The position numbers were made by a program, and so were the translations under genes. Positions 25,301 to 27,153 of a stretch of 27,153 bases of DNA are shown here, one piece after another; positions within the stretch are counted from its first letter, which is position 1, and every line of letters begins with the position of its first letter. The DNA is from a virus (taxonomy: Duplodnaviria; Caudoviricetes): positions 1 through 27,153 of the IMG/VR virus record IMGVR_UViG_3300033555_000019. One strand, given 5' to 3'. The notes under the pieces are model-generated. The model was not told where the DNA came from, searched no databases, and saw only the letters and a program-made list of their open reading frames with translations.

Positions 25301-26893
25301 ATGAGTGACGTATCACAATATCCAGTTACATTCGGTTACGGCGACACCAGCCCACCTTACGGTACGCCTAGTATGCCCTTTCACCGGGGCGAGGACAGAG
25401 CTTGTCCCAGTGGTACGCCAGTCATTGTCAATGGTGTCCAAATTGGTTTATCTGGTAGCACCGGCTGGAGTACCGGCCCACACCTGCACATCGGCCGGTT
25501 CGCTGGTGGCTCAACTAACCCTAACGGTGGTGGTTTCAGCTTCGGTGACGCCGTTGTTACCCAAGTCAAAGAGGACAACATCAACGGCAAGTACGTCCGT
25601 GTCCAGGCTGACGGGGCGAGCTGGGTTTACCTGCACTTATCAGAGCAAACTTGTAGTGTCGGCCAACACCTAACCGCCCCTGCCCCACAACAACAGCCAC
25701 CATTCACCCTGACTGACATCACACCTAAGCAGATTACGATTAACCGACCGACTAACCGCTGGAACATGGGCTATCAGGACTTACAGCAGATGAAAGACAA
25801 CCCAGTCGAAGCCTTGCACCAAGGGGCTGGTCCGTTCACTGTCACTATCCACTGCAAGCAACGTGACACAGGTTACGAATATTACCTACAAGACCGCTTT
25901 AACTTAGGCGGTTTTAACATTTACGACTGTAGTGATTACATAGCACCAGTCTCAACTGAACCAGTCGTTGAACCGGAGAAGCCGAAACAATGGCCGACGC
26001 CACCAGCCACCGCCAGCGATACGACGCCCTACACTGTCGTCAAACTGATTGACGGCTACGAAACCAGTAATAAGGCGGCTAATCGGATTCAACCAGCCAA
26101 AGCGCCTGTCGGAGCGGGCTACTACACGGTATTCAATAAGCGCTACGCCGATTCTGACCCAAGCCGATTAGTTGCTATCAATGTTACCCAGAAACTAGGT
26201 CAGCCCGGCTACTGGATTAACCCAGAGGACAACGTGCCTGACGTCATACCGGAACCAACGCCACCACCGGAACCAGCTAAACCGGTTATCAGTGACTGGC
26301 CAAGCGGTGGACCACGGGACGCCCTGCCTGTACCTGCACCGGAACCACTGCCGGAACACCCAGTCAACATAGTCGTCCGCCCGAACTGGCGCAGTAGTTA
26401 CACGACGTTCAAGGACGTTGACGGTTATGACGAGGAACGCTTATATGTCGCTGAAAAAGACTTCGCTATGGTTGACCAAGAAAGCACCAACCGGACAGCC
26501 CCCGTTAAGAAGAATGACCACATCTGGCTAGCTGGAACATTCATCGGACCAGATGACAAGTTATACGGTATGCCAAGTGCCAGTCGTAAGGACAAGCTCG
26601 GTAACGCCCGTTACTGGTACTACGGCTGTCCGCTAGCCCGTGACCATGTCCGTACCGAGCAGGAAGTCTACAATACCACCACGACCCGTAAGGAACGCGA
26701 AGTCATCAAGATTATTCAAGATGTCCGTGTTCTGAACAACAAGGAACGCAACCGTCAACACGCCATGAGAGTGGCTGACTTACTCACGATTACCCCGAAA
26801 GAAATCGAAACATTCGTCGGTCGAGCAATCGACTTCTTTAGTGGTAATACAAAACGCAAAACAGTAACAATAAACAAGAAAGAGGATAAGTAA
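25301..26893 (+). CDS. Modular endolysin: N-terminal M23 peptidase (rearranged) plus Pro-linked putative wall-binding domains
   Basis: HRGED and STGPHLH zinc motifs, Pro-rich linkers; followed by a holin-like gene; AAGGAA RBS. Confidence 0.8.
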   Translation: MSDVSQYPVTFGYGDTSPPYGTPSMPFHRGEDRACPSGTPVIVNGVQIGLSGSTGWSTGPHLHIGRFAGGSTNPNGGGFSFGDAVVTQVKEDNINGKYVRVQADGASWVYLHLSEQTCSVGQHLTAPAPQQQPPFTLTDITPKQITINRPTNRWNMGYQDLQQMKDNPVEALHQGAGPFTVTIHCKQRDTGYEYYLQDRFNLGGFNIYDCSDYIAPVSTEPVVEPEKPKQWPTPPATASDTTPYTVVKLIDGYETSNKAANRIQPAKAPVGAGYYTVFNKRYADSDPSRLVAINVTQKLGQPGYWINPEDNVPDVIPEPTPPPEPAKPVISDWPSGGPRDALPVPAPEPLPEHPVNIVVRPNWRSSYTTFKDVDGYDEERLYVAEKDFAMVDQESTNRTAPVKKNDHIWLAGTFIGPDDKLYGMPSASRKDKLGNARYWYYGCPLARDHVRTEQEVYNTTTTRKEREVIKIIQDVRVLNNKERNRQHAMRVADLLTITPKEIETFVGRAIDFFSGNTKRKTVTINKKEDK

Positions 26894-27153
26894 ATGCAAG
26901 TATCATTCCAAGTACCGGACGCAATCGTTGCCGGTGGTAGTTATGTCACGGATAACCTAGTCGTCATTAGCACCCTTATCGGCGCGGCCGTACTGGCTAG
27001 CATTGCTACGGAAGTCTACAAGCGTCGCTATTACAAGAAGAACGACATCAAACTGGCTAAGAAGTGGATTGCGACATGGCTGACTGTCACCAGTATCTTC
27101 TTTACTTACTTAGGACACCTGCTGGTACTAGCTAGCGCTGGGGCTGGTTACTT
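26894..27153 (+). CDS. Putative holin (partial, runs off the window)
   Basis: MQVSFQVPDAIVAGGSYVTDNLVVISTLIGAAVLASIATEVYKRRYYKKNDIKLAKKWIATWLTVTSIFFTYLGHLLVLASAGAGY: two hydrophobic segments separated by a basic loop, immediately after the endolysin stop. Confidence 0.65.
   Translation, partial: MQVSFQVPDAIVAGGSYVTDNLVVISTLIGAAVLASIATEVYKRRYYKKNDIKLAKKWIATWLTVTSIFFTYLGHLLVLASAGAGY

Larger units (their letters stand above)
1..27153 (+). mobile_element. Tailed phage/prophage (Caudoviricetes, podovirus-like) structural and lysis module
   Basis: Co-oriented terS-terL-portal-scaffold-capsid-ejection-adaptor-nozzle-fibre-endolysin-holin genes, many coupled by ATGA/TAATG overlaps. No tail tube, sheath or tape-measure genes recognised. 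Confidence 0.95.

Noticed and set aside
1-27153. Stop-codon reassignment
   Set aside because: TAA, TAG and TGA all end genes at sensible boundaries with coupled downstream starts, and coding density is high under code 11.

Overview
The window is the late (virion morphogenesis and lysis) region of an uncultured-type tailed phage or prophage with a P22/podovirus-like plan, encoded entirely on the + strand in standard code 11. Gene order: terS, terL (PBSX type), three small ORFs, portal, two small ORFs, scaffold, N4-gp56-like major capsid, a cluster of fibre/decoration genes, a moron-like exported HExxH metallopeptidase with its own promoter, three putative ejection (internal virion) proteins, tail adaptor, nozzle, a free-standing HNH-like endonuclease, a LamG tail fibre, an M23 endolysin and a partial holin. 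The most notable items: (1) a 2469-aa polyvalent ejection protein carrying repeat-bracketed cassettes (an R-S-E ADP-ribosyltransferase, a second ART-like domain, a ParB/Srx domain) and an HNH-like domain; (2) an endolysin whose M23 domain appears internally permuted; (3) a leaderless metallopeptidase moron next to the ejection genes; (4) recurring intergenic motifs and twin hairpins. All product calls come from motif recognition and synteny; no database search was run. The host is unknown; a monoderm, possibly CPR/Saccharibacteria-like host is only a guess.
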